From positions 2,105-66,104 of the forward strand of contig MGUD01000016.1 of assembly GCA_001799795.1 (NCBI GenBank): a DNA stretch of 64,000 bases, in the 5' to 3' direction. The notes below the pieces were generated by a model. It saw only the letters and a program-made list of their open reading frames with translations, made no database searches and was not told the origin of the DNA. Below, piece after piece: positions 18,082 to 26,758 of this stretch. Positions within the stretch are counted from its first letter, which is position 1. Each line of letters starts with the position of its first letter. The position numbers and the translations under genes were made by a program. This DNA is from Elusimicrobia bacterium GWC2_61_19 (GTDB lineage Bacteria > Elusimicrobiota > Elusimicrobia > Elusimicrobiales > UBA9959).

Positions 18082-20538
18082 ATGAAAAATAAGATCACTT
18101 TCCTTTCCGACGCGCAGCTCAAGACCGAGGCCGAACGCTGCCTCTACTGCGAGGACAAGCCCTGCAAGACCGCCTGCCCGGCCGACTGCTCGCCGGCCGA
18201 CTTCATAATGGCCGTGCGCCAGATGGAGAAGTCCGACCTCAAGCGCTCGGCCGCCCTGATAATGGGCCACAACACTTTCGGCGGCGTCTGCGGCGCGGTC
18301 TGCCCCGACTGGTTCTGCGTAAAGGCCTGCTCCCGCAAACTCTTCGACAACCCCATCAACATACCGGCCGTACAGGCCGCCGTGGTGCAGAAGGCCAAAG
18401 AACTGGGCGTGATGCCCAAGTTCAGGAAGGCCAAACCCAACGGCAAGAAAGTGGCGGTAGTGGGCGCCGGCCCCGCGGGCTTCGCCGCCGCCGGCACCCT
18501 GGCCCAGCTCGGCTATAAAATAGATATTTTTGAAAAAGACAAAAAAGCCGGCGGCGCCTGCAACCTGATACCCGACAAGCGCTTCCCCAAAGAAGTGCTG
18601 CGCACCGAAATAGAATTCATAAAAACACTGGGAGACATTTCCATAAAGACCGGCGCGGCAGTAAAAGACCCGGCCGCCCTGCTTAAAACTTACGACGCCG
18701 TAATAGTTACGGCCGGCGTGGCCGAGCAGATAAAGCTGAATATCGAGGGAGAGAACCTGGGCGTGGAAGGCCTGGAATACCTGCGCAATTCCTCCAAATA
18801 CAAGGTGAAAGGCAGGAACGTGGCCGTTATCGGCGGCGGCGCGGTGGCGGCCGACTGCGCCATGAAGGCGCTGGAGCTGGGCGCGGCCAAAGCCGAGATC
18901 TTCACCCGCAAGAACATCGGCGACATACAGCTGCCCGAGCACGAGCTGCGCGACATCCTGAAGGCGGGCATCAACATCAACGCGAAGAGCCGCATCACCG
19001 CCATACTGAAAAGCGGTAAAGGCATAAAGATCGTGCGCCTGGACGACAAGGCAAAAGATATCCCCGGCACCGAACAGGTCCGCACCGACCTGAGCTTTGT
19101 GGTGCTGGCCATAAAGAACCTCCCTGTCTTCCAGGACAAAAAGCAGAAAGGCGTATTCCTGGCAGGCGACTGCCGCAACGGCGCGGCCACCGTGGTGGAG
19201 GGCGCGGCCTCGGGTAAGAACGCGGCCATGGAAGCCCACGCCTTCATGCAGGGCAAAAAAGCGCCCGCCATCCCCAACAACCTCAAGAGCACCGTTCTGC
19301 TGGCCGGCCGCGATATGCTGCCGGTTTCGTTGGAGACCGACTTCTTCGGCCGCAAACTGCGCTCGCCATTCATCATCTCCGCCTCTCCCCACTCCGACGG
19401 GTACGACCAGGTGAAGCGCGCCTACGAGGCGGGCTGGCCCGGCGTGGTTATGAAAACCGCCTTCGACGGGCTCGACATCCACATCCCGTCGGAATACATG
19501 GTGACCTTCACGGAGAACACCTACGGCAATTCCGATAACGTCTCCGGCCACGCGCTGGACCGCGTCTGCGGTGAAGTGGCGCGCCTGGTGAAGGAATACC
19601 CGGACCGCCTGACCGCGGCCTCCACCGGCGGGCCGGTGACCGGCAACGACGAAGCCGACAAGAAAGCCTGGCAGTCCAATACGCTCAAACTCGAGAAAGC
19701 CGGCGCCATGGCCATAGAATATTCCCTCTCCTGCCCCCAGGGCGGCGACGGCACCAAGGGCGACATCGTCTCCCAGGACCCGGAGCTGGCCGCCAAGATC
19801 ATAGACTGGGTTATGGAAGTGTCCAACCCCGAAGTGCCCAAGCTCTTCAAGCTGACCGGCGCGGTCACCGCCATCTGGCAGGTGGTCAACGCCATAAAGC
19901 AGGTTTACGCCAAGTACCCGCATAAGAAGGCCGGCATCACCCTGGCCAATTCTTTCCCGGCGCTGGCCTTCCGCCCGCGCCTGTCCGGCAAAGGCCGCTG
20001 GGAAGAAGGCATGGTGGTGGGCATGAGCGGCGAGGGCGTGGCCCCCATAAGCAACCTGACCATCGCCAAAGCCGTGGGCCTGGGCGTGCCGATCTCCGGC
20101 AACGGCGGGCCGATGGACTACAAAGCGGCCGCGCATTTCCTGGCGCTGGGCGCGAAGTCGGTGCAGTTCTGCACCGTGGTCATGAAGTACGGCTTCGGCG
20201 TGATAGACGAACTCAACTGGGGCCTCAGCCACATGCTGGAGGAGAAGGGCTACAAGTCGGTAGCGGAATTCACCGGCTGCGCCCTGCCCGGTCCTATAAC
20301 GAACTTCCCCGACCTCACGCCGGTAAAGAACATCCCGTCGGTAGACGCGGACCTCTGCCGCCATTGCGGCAACTGCGAGCGCTGCGGCTACCTGGCCGTA
20401 AAACTGGACGGGAAGAAAGTGCCGCAGTTCGATGCTTCTAAATGTATCGGCTGCTCGCTGTGCGTGAAGAAGTGCTTCTCCGGCGCGCTGAAGATGCGTA
20501 AGCGCACGGCCGCGGAACTTAAGGTTTGCCCGGACTAA
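18082..20538 (+). CDS. Single-chain dihydropyrimidine dehydrogenase-like flavoprotein (GltD/PreT-like N-half + DHODH/PreA-like TIM barrel + C-terminal 2x[4Fe-4S])
   Basis: 818 aa. N-terminal Cys-rich helical Fe-S region (CLYCEDKPCKTACP). Dinucleotide folds VAVVGAGPAGFAAA and VAVIGGGAVAADCA. PreA-like SPFIISASP...VVMKTAF. C-terminal CRHCGNCERC...CIGCSLCVKKC. Confidence 0.8.
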   Translation: MKNKITFLSDAQLKTEAERCLYCEDKPCKTACPADCSPADFIMAVRQMEKSDLKRSAALIMGHNTFGGVCGAVCPDWFCVKACSRKLFDNPINIPAVQAAVVQKAKELGVMPKFRKAKPNGKKVAVVGAGPAGFAAAGTLAQLGYKIDIFEKDKKAGGACNLIPDKRFPKEVLRTEIEFIKTLGDISIKTGAAVKDPAALLKTYDAVIVTAGVAEQIKLNIEGENLGVEGLEYLRNSSKYKVKGRNVAVIGGGAVAADCAMKALELGAAKAEIFTRKNIGDIQLPEHELRDILKAGININAKSRITAILKSGKGIKIVRLDDKAKDIPGTEQVRTDLSFVVLAIKNLPVFQDKKQKGVFLAGDCRNGAATVVEGAASGKNAAMEAHAFMQGKKAPAIPNNLKSTVLLAGRDMLPVSLETDFFGRKLRSPFIISASPHSDGYDQVKRAYEAGWPGVVMKTAFDGLDIHIPSEYMVTFTENTYGNSDNVSGHALDRVCGEVARLVKEYPDRLTAASTGGPVTGNDEADKKAWQSNTLKLEKAGAMAIEYSLSCPQGGDGTKGDIVSQDPELAAKIIDWVMEVSNPEVPKLFKLTGAVTAIWQVVNAIKQVYAKYPHKKAGITLANSFPALAFRPRLSGKGRWEEGMVVGMSGEGVAPISNLTIAKAVGLGVPISGNGGPMDYKAAAHFLALGAKSVQFCTVVMKYGFGVIDELNWGLSHMLEEKGYKSVAEFTGCALPGPITNFPDLTPVKNIPSVDADLCRHCGNCERCGYLAVKLDGKKVPQFDASKCIGCSLCVKKCFSGALKMRKRTAAELKVCPD

Positions 20539-20540
20539 CC

Positions 20541-21866
20541 ATGAAACATACCATACTGATAAAGAACGGCATCATAGCGACCCTGGGCGACAAGAACCGC
20601 GTGCTCACCGGCCACGCCCTGCTTATAGAGGACGGGCTGATAAAGAAGATCGGCCCCCAGAAGAGCTTCAAGGGCAAATATTCCAAGGTAATAGATGCCA
20701 AGAACAAACTGGTAATGCCGGGGTTCATAAACACCCACATGCATTTTTACAGCACCTTCGCGCGGGGCCTGGGCAAAGCCGCTCCGTCGCGCAACTTCAT
20801 GGAGATCCTCAACAACCTGTGGTGGCGACTGGACAAGAAGCTGACCAACGCGGATTCCTACTACAGCGCAGTGATCCCTCTCATCAATGCGGTGCGCAAG
20901 GGCACCACCACCCTGATAGACCACCACGCGAGCCCCTTCGCCATAGCCGGCTCGCTGGGCGCCGTGGCCAAGGCCGCCAATGAGACAGGCCTGCGCGCAG
21001 CCCTGTGTTATGAAGTCTCCGACCGCGACGGCAAGGAAAAAGCAAAAGAAGGCCTGGAGGAGAACACCGCTTTCATAACGGCTGTCGCCGCCAGCAAGGG
21101 CAACAATCTAAAGGCCATGTTCGGCCTGCACGCCTCTTTCACCATCTCCGACGAAACGCTGGAAGAAGCGGCCTACCGCGGCCACAAGCTGGGCGCCGGC
21201 TTCCACATTCACACGGCAGAGTCCCAGGCGGACCAGCTGCAATGCGAATCCCACCACAAGATACGCGTGGTGGAGCGCCTGCACGGTTTCGGCATACTGG
21301 GCCGCAAATCCATAGCGGCGCACTGCGTACACGTCAACGAAAAAGAGATCGAGATATTGAGGGAAACCGGCACGGCGGTGGTGCATAACCCGCAGTCCAA
21401 CGCCAATAATTCCGTCGGGATAGCCGATATCACCGGTATGATGGCCAAAGGCGTGCTGGTGGGCCTGGGCACCGACGCCATGACCGTCAACATGATGGAA
21501 GAAGTGCGCGCGGCGCTGTGGCTGCAGCACCTGAAGCGCGACCCCTCGCAGGGTTTCATGGAAGCGGCGCAGGCGCTGCTGGTGAACAACGCCAAGATAG
21601 CCAACCGCTATTTCACCGGCCTCGGGGAACTGAAAGCCGGCTTCGCCGCCGATATCGCCGTCATCGACTATATCCCCCCCACGCCCATGGACGCCTCCAA
21701 CTTCTACGGGCACCTTATATTCGGCATCAGCCAGAGCGCGGTGGACACCACCATAGCCGCCGGCCGGGTGCTGATGGAGAACAAAAAACTCAAGTTGGAT
21801 ATAGACGAAGAGGAAGTATCCCGCAAATCGGCGGAACTCGCTAAGAAACTCTGGAGCAGGTTCTAG
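20541..21866 (+). CDS. ssnA: SsnA-family amidohydrolase
   Basis: ATG 20541, 2 nt after the upstream stop. Motifs PGFINTHMHFYS, NLWWRLD, IDHHASP and HIHTAES match the E. coli SsnA sequence as I recall it. Confidence 0.8.
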   Translation: MKHTILIKNGIIATLGDKNRVLTGHALLIEDGLIKKIGPQKSFKGKYSKVIDAKNKLVMPGFINTHMHFYSTFARGLGKAAPSRNFMEILNNLWWRLDKKLTNADSYYSAVIPLINAVRKGTTTLIDHHASPFAIAGSLGAVAKAANETGLRAALCYEVSDRDGKEKAKEGLEENTAFITAVAASKGNNLKAMFGLHASFTISDETLEEAAYRGHKLGAGFHIHTAESQADQLQCESHHKIRVVERLHGFGILGRKSIAAHCVHVNEKEIEILRETGTAVVHNPQSNANNSVGIADITGMMAKGVLVGLGTDAMTVNMMEEVRAALWLQHLKRDPSQGFMEAAQALLVNNAKIANRYFTGLGELKAGFAADIAVIDYIPPTPMDASNFYGHLIFGISQSAVDTTIAAGRVLMENKKLKLDIDEEEVSRKSAELAKKLWSRF

Positions 21867-21885
21867 GAACGGATGAAATAACGAA

Positions 21886-21916
21886 TAAGCCGGCCCTCCG
21901 GGCCGGCTTATTTTTT
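21886..21916 (+). terminator. Intrinsic terminator after ssnA; the hairpin overlaps the stop codon of the convergent kinase gene
   Basis: Perfect 11-bp stem taagccggccc / gggccggctta with loop tcc, followed by tttttt (21911-21916). Confidence 0.7.
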
Positions 21917-24652
21917 GGCTTTATCCAGGGCTTCCCTTACTTTCAGCAGCAGCGTGTCGGAATCGATGGGTTTCTGCACGAACAGGCTGTTCTCGCCGAT
22001 AGTATTGCTCGCCGCCACCAATTCCTCGGAGTAGCCGGAAATATAGACCACCGGCAGCCCGGGGACCATTTTGCGGGCCGCGGCCGCCAGCTCTATGCCG
22101 CCCGTTTCAGGCATTACCAGATCGGTAACCAGCAGGCCGGCTTTCCTGAAAGTTTCCGCGCCCAGTTCCAGCGCGTCGGCGCCGTTAGCCGCCTCTATTA
22201 CCGCATAGCCGTTCTCGCGCAGGGTGCGCGCCATGGCGCCGCGCACCTGCGCCTCGTCCTCCACCAGCACCACTGTCTCGGTCCCGCCGCGTGGTTTCCC
22301 GGCCGGAGCGGCCGCCACGGGCGCTTCCGCGCCCTCGGCGGCTTCCGGGAAGTAGATCTTAAAACTGGTGCCCGACCCGGGTTCGCTGTAGACCCAGATA
22401 TAGCCGCCGGACTGTTTGATAGTACCGTACACCATCGAAAGCCCGAGGCCGGTGCCTTTGCCGGGTTCTTTAGTGGTAAAGAAGGGCTCGAAAATATGCG
22501 CGAGGGTTTCCGCGCCCATGCCGGCGCCGGTGTCGCTGATCATCAGGCGCACATAACGCCCCGGCGGCACCACGTCGTGCCTGCCGGGGGCGTTCTCGGT
22601 AAGCGTCAGGGCGGCCGTCTCTATGATTATCTTTCCCGACCCGGTTATGGCGTCCTTGGAGTTGACTATCAGGTTCATTATGGTCTGCTCTATCTGACCG
22701 GGGTCCGCCTTTACGCTGGCGATATTCCCGGAAAGCCGCAGGGAAAGTTCGATATGCTCGCCGATAAGCCGCCTGAGCATGTCTTTCATGCCGCTGATGG
22801 TATTATTAAGGTTGATAACGCGCGGCAGCAGCACCTGCCGCCGGCTGAAGGCCAGCAGCTGCCGGGTCAGAGTGGCGGCGCGCTCCGCCGCGGCGGTTAT
22901 CTCACCGACGTCGCCGCGCCGCGGGTCGGCTGCGTCAAGGCTGGAATTAAGGAACCCCGCGTAGCTCAGAATAGCGGTAAGGATATTATTGAAGTCATGC
23001 GCCACGCCGCCGGCCAGCCGGCCGATGGCTTCCATCTTCTGGCTCTGCCGCAGTTGCTCACGCGTGTATTCCAGCTGGCTGGTGGCTTCGGCCCTGGCCA
23101 GTTCGCTCTTCATGGAATTCACGGCGTAGGTCACGTTCTCCGCCAGCGAGGCCAGCAGCCGCTCCTCGTCTTCCATGAAAAAGCCGGCCTCTTCCGCGTA
23201 AAAGGTTATTATGCCGCCCCCGCCTATAGGGAAAGCCGCCGAAGACTTAAAGCCGCGCTGAAGAGCCGCCTCGCGCCAGGGCATCATGGCCGGGTTGGTC
23301 TCCGTGTCGCTGTTGATTATTATCTTACCCTCGCGGGCGGCGGTGCCGCTCGGCCCCCTGCCCTCCGGCGTTGAGGCATCCAGGGAGACGCGCAACCCCT
23401 GCAGGTAGCCCTCGTCGTTGCCGCCGGAGGCGACAGGGAGGATCAGGCCGTCGGGGCCGGGCAGGCCCACCCAAGCGAATTTCATCCCGCCGCTCTCCAC
23501 CGCTATCCGGCAGATCTCCGCGTAAAGCTTCTGAGGCGTCCGCACACGCACGATGGCCTCGTTAACGAGACTTAAGATGCTGTAGAGCCGGTTCATGCGC
23601 CGCAGCCGGTCTTCCGCGGCCTTGCGGACGGTAATATCGCGCAGGCTGCCCTCTATTCCCACCGGCAGGCCGCCGAAGCCGCGCAGCAGGCGCGCGTTCA
23701 CCAGCACGTCCAGCACGCCGCGGTCCTTCGTCTTCAGTTTTACCTCGTAGTTCTCCACTGTCCCCTTCGCCAGCATTTCCTTTATCAGCAGCTTCCTGTC
23801 CTCGGGGTGCAGGTACAGGTTGGAGACCGGCCTGCCCAGCAGCTCCTCGCGGGTGTAGCCGGAATATTTGACTATCGACGGGGTTATATCCGTCAGGCGG
23901 CCTTTCCAGTCGGCGCGGTAGAAGATCTCCTGCACGGTGTCGAAAAAGTGCCGGTACTCGGCCTCTTTTTCGGCCACCAGCGCGTCGGTAGCGCCCCGGG
24001 CCCTCAACCAGCGCCTGGCGGATATGGCGGTCAGCGCCCAGAACATTAAGGAGATAAAAATGCCGGCTATGGCACCCAGGCTCTTTTTTACGATAGCGCG
24101 CCGTGAGGCGGCACCTTCCGCCTGCAGGGTTGTTTTCAAAGCCTTTATCAGGTCGTCGACGCCGGCGGTATAGGTTTTTTCCCAGCGCAGGTATTCGCGG
24201 CCGGTCAGCAGGGCCGAGGCCTCCCTCTTTTTACCGGAGCGCGCCAGCCGCATGGCGCGTTCTTCAAGTTCTATAAGCTGCAGGTTGGCCTCGTTGATAG
24301 CGGCCATGAACGGAGAGGCTTCCGCCTCGATCATGAGCCGGCCTATTCTTTTTATGGCAGGGTCCAGCTCGCCGGCAAGACGCACGTGTTCGCGTTCATA
24401 CAGGGCGTTCCCGGTGGAAACCGCCATATTGGCCGCCATGGTCAGCTGCGAATCCAGCGTGATAAGACCGCTGATGGTGTTCAGCGTCTCGTAGCGGCGC
24501 TCATCCATCTCCCCGGTCAGCGAGGCGATACTGGCGGAATGCGAATAGATAAGGAACAAAGAAATAGCGCTGGCGGCCAGCGCGGCGCCGAAATAAGCGA
24601 TCGGGAACCGGGCCACGGCTATCCTCGTTGTTTCTTTCTGTTCTTCTGCCAT
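21908..24652 (-). CDS. Hybrid sensor histidine kinase (TM sensor, PAS, GAF, HisKA, HATPase, receiver)
   Basis: 914 aa. H-box GGVAHDFNNILTAI. ATPase motifs DTGAGM and GTGLGLS. C-terminal receiver VLVEDEAQVR...LVTDLVMPETGG. Confidence 0.85.
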   Translation of the reverse strand: MAEEQKETTRIAVARFPIAYFGAALAASAISLFLIYSHSASIASLTGEMDERRYETLNTISGLITLDSQLTMAANMAVSTGNALYEREHVRLAGELDPAIKRIGRLMIEAEASPFMAAINEANLQLIELEERAMRLARSGKKREASALLTGREYLRWEKTYTAGVDDLIKALKTTLQAEGAASRRAIVKKSLGAIAGIFISLMFWALTAISARRWLRARGATDALVAEKEAEYRHFFDTVQEIFYRADWKGRLTDITPSIVKYSGYTREELLGRPVSNLYLHPEDRKLLIKEMLAKGTVENYEVKLKTKDRGVLDVLVNARLLRGFGGLPVGIEGSLRDITVRKAAEDRLRRMNRLYSILSLVNEAIVRVRTPQKLYAEICRIAVESGGMKFAWVGLPGPDGLILPVASGGNDEGYLQGLRVSLDASTPEGRGPSGTAAREGKIIINSDTETNPAMMPWREAALQRGFKSSAAFPIGGGGIITFYAEEAGFFMEDEERLLASLAENVTYAVNSMKSELARAEATSQLEYTREQLRQSQKMEAIGRLAGGVAHDFNNILTAILSYAGFLNSSLDAADPRRGDVGEITAAAERAATLTRQLLAFSRRQVLLPRVINLNNTISGMKDMLRRLIGEHIELSLRLSGNIASVKADPGQIEQTIMNLIVNSKDAITGSGKIIIETAALTLTENAPGRHDVVPPGRYVRLMISDTGAGMGAETLAHIFEPFFTTKEPGKGTGLGLSMVYGTIKQSGGYIWVYSEPGSGTSFKIYFPEAAEGAEAPVAAAPAGKPRGGTETVVLVEDEAQVRGAMARTLRENGYAVIEAANGADALELGAETFRKAGLLVTDLVMPETGGIELAAAARKMVPGLPVVYISGYSEELVAASNTIGENSLFVQKPIDSDTLLLKVREALDKAKK

Positions 24653-24743
24653 CTCCCCCCCCCATCCAGTTCCGGTAATTATAACCTATTTTTAAAACAA
24701 CGGACACGCCGCATAGGCCGCCGCGTTAGATATTAACGGCGCC

Positions 24744-24755
24744 TGACGCGCGTCA
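24744..24755. promoter_or_regulatory. Perfect 12-bp palindrome TGACGCGCGTCA upstream of the aconitase gene (candidate operator)
   Basis: Read directly. Lies 57 bp upstream of ATG 24812, in the divergent region shared with the hybrid kinase gene. Confidence 0.3.
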
Positions 24756-24811
24756 AGGTGCAAAACCTCTTTATTTATGAGAAAATATATAGACACCCAA
24801 GGAGCGTGACC

Positions 24812-26746
24812 ATGGCGCAAAACATCGTTGATAAAATACTTGCCTCCCATTTAAAAGAGGGCGAATTCATAAAAGGCCGCGAGATCGGCATACGCGTCGA
24901 CCAGACCCTGACCCAGGACGCGACCGGCACCATGGCCTATCTGCAGTTCGAGGCGATGGGCCTGAAGGAAATTAAAACGGACCTGTCAGTTTCCTACGTG
25001 GACCACAACACCGTGCAGGTCGGTTTCGAGAACTCGGACGACCACAAATATCTCCAGACGGTAGCGGCCCGCTACGGCGTGGTCTACTCCCGCCCCGGCA
25101 ACGGCATCTGCCACCAGGTGCACCTGGAGCGCTTCGGCAAGCCCGGCACCACGCTGCTGGGCTCCGATTCCCACACCCCCACCGGCGGCGGCATAGGCCA
25201 GGTGGCCATAGGCGCAGGCGGCCTGGACGTGGCGGTGGCCATGGGCGGCGGACTGTTCTATACCGCGGCCCCCAAGGTCTACCTGGTAAAAATGTCCGGC
25301 GAGCTCGGCCCCTGGGCGACGGCCAAAGACGTGGTGCTCAAGATGCTGGAACTACTCACCACCAAGGGCAATGTGGGCGTTATGCTGGAATACGGCGGCC
25401 CCGGCGTAAAGACCCTTTCGGTGCCCCAGCGCGCCACCATAGCCAACATGGGCGCCGAGATGGGCGTGACCTGTTCCGTGTTCCCCTCCGACAATGTCAC
25501 CAAGAGATTCATGAAGGCCCAGGGCCGCGAGGCGGACTGGACAGAACTGAAAGCCGACCGCGGCGCGAAATACGACCGCGTGATAGGACTGAACCTTTCC
25601 GCCGTGGAGCCGATGGCCGCCTGCCCGCACAGCCCCGGCAGCGTCAAACCCGTTTCGGAACTGGAAGGCGGGCCGGTCGACCAGGTCTGCATCGGCTCCT
25701 GCACCAACTCCTCCTACCGCGACATGTTCACCGTGGCCGAGATCATGAAAGGCCGCAAGGTAGCGGCCAGCGTCAGCCTGGGCATAGCGCCCGGCTCGCG
25801 CCAGGTGCTGCAGATGATGGCCCGCAAAGGCGCCCTGGCCAACCTGCTGGACTCCGGCGCCCGCATCCTTGAGAGCGCCTGCGGCTTCTGCATAGGCAAC
25901 CACTTCTCGCCCAAGAGCGGCGGCGTCTCCCTGCGCACCTCCAACCGCAACTTCGAGGCCCGCAGCGGCACCGCCGACGCGCAGGTGTACCTGGTGAGCC
26001 CCGAAGTGGCCGCCGTGGCCGCCGTGACCGGCAAGTTCACCGACCCGCGCAAGGCCGGCATCCCCTACCCCGCCGTGAAAGAGCCGGGCGCCTTCCTGGT
26101 GGACGACAGCATGTTCATAAAGCCGTCGGCCGAACTTAAGGGCACGGAAGTTTTCCGCGGCCCCAACATCGGCGAGCCGCCCAAGAACGACAGGATGCCC
26201 GAGCGGCTGGGCGGCACCGTGATGATACACGTGGGCGACAAGATCACCACCGACCACATCATGCCCGCCGGCGCGCGGCTGAAGTACCGCTCCAACGTCC
26301 CGAAATACGCCCAGTACGTGTTCGAGAACGTGGACCCGACGTTCCACAAGCGCTGCCTGGAGAACAAGGCGGCCGGCGGCCATAACGTGATAGTGGCCGG
26401 CGAGTCCTACGGCCAGGGGTCCAGCCGCGAACACGCGGCCATGTGCCCCATGTACCTCGGCGTAAAAGCCGTGGTCGCCAAGTCTTTCGAGCGCATCCAC
26501 GCGGCCAATCTCATAAACTTCGGCATAGCGCCGCTCACATTCAAGAGCCCGGCCGATTACGACGGCATAAAGGCCGGCGATAAACTTACCTGCCCGGACT
26601 GGCGCGCCGCCGTTGCGGAAGGCCGGCCGGTGCTGCTGAAGAACGAGCGCACCGGCGCTTCCATAGAATGCGTCTGCGCCCTTTCGGGGCGCCAGAGGGC
26701 CATTCTTACGGCCGGCGGCCTGCTGAACCATACCACGGGCAAATAA
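24812..26746 (+). CDS. Aconitate hydratase (short, about 645-aa type)
   Basis: ATG 24812 preceded by AAGGAG (24799-24804). Motifs DQTLTQDATG, GSDSHTP, IGSCTNSS and NRNFEARSG. Confidence 0.9.
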   Translation: MAQNIVDKILASHLKEGEFIKGREIGIRVDQTLTQDATGTMAYLQFEAMGLKEIKTDLSVSYVDHNTVQVGFENSDDHKYLQTVAARYGVVYSRPGNGICHQVHLERFGKPGTTLLGSDSHTPTGGGIGQVAIGAGGLDVAVAMGGGLFYTAAPKVYLVKMSGELGPWATAKDVVLKMLELLTTKGNVGVMLEYGGPGVKTLSVPQRATIANMGAEMGVTCSVFPSDNVTKRFMKAQGREADWTELKADRGAKYDRVIGLNLSAVEPMAACPHSPGSVKPVSELEGGPVDQVCIGSCTNSSYRDMFTVAEIMKGRKVAASVSLGIAPGSRQVLQMMARKGALANLLDSGARILESACGFCIGNHFSPKSGGVSLRTSNRNFEARSGTADAQVYLVSPEVAAVAAVTGKFTDPRKAGIPYPAVKEPGAFLVDDSMFIKPSAELKGTEVFRGPNIGEPPKNDRMPERLGGTVMIHVGDKITTDHIMPAGARLKYRSNVPKYAQYVFENVDPTFHKRCLENKAAGGHNVIVAGESYGQGSSREHAAMCPMYLGVKAVVAKSFERIHAANLINFGIAPLTFKSPADYDGIKAGDKLTCPDWRAAVAEGRPVLLKNERTGASIECVCALSGRQRAILTAGGLLNHTTGK

Positions 26747-26758
26747 AAGGATATTACC

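Noticed and set aside
18061-20364. 767-aa minus-strand ORF opposite the DPD-like gene
   Set aside because: It is a shadow ORF. The plus-strand product has the full set of DPD motifs, while the minus-strand product is low-complexity (G/A/R/H/V-rich).
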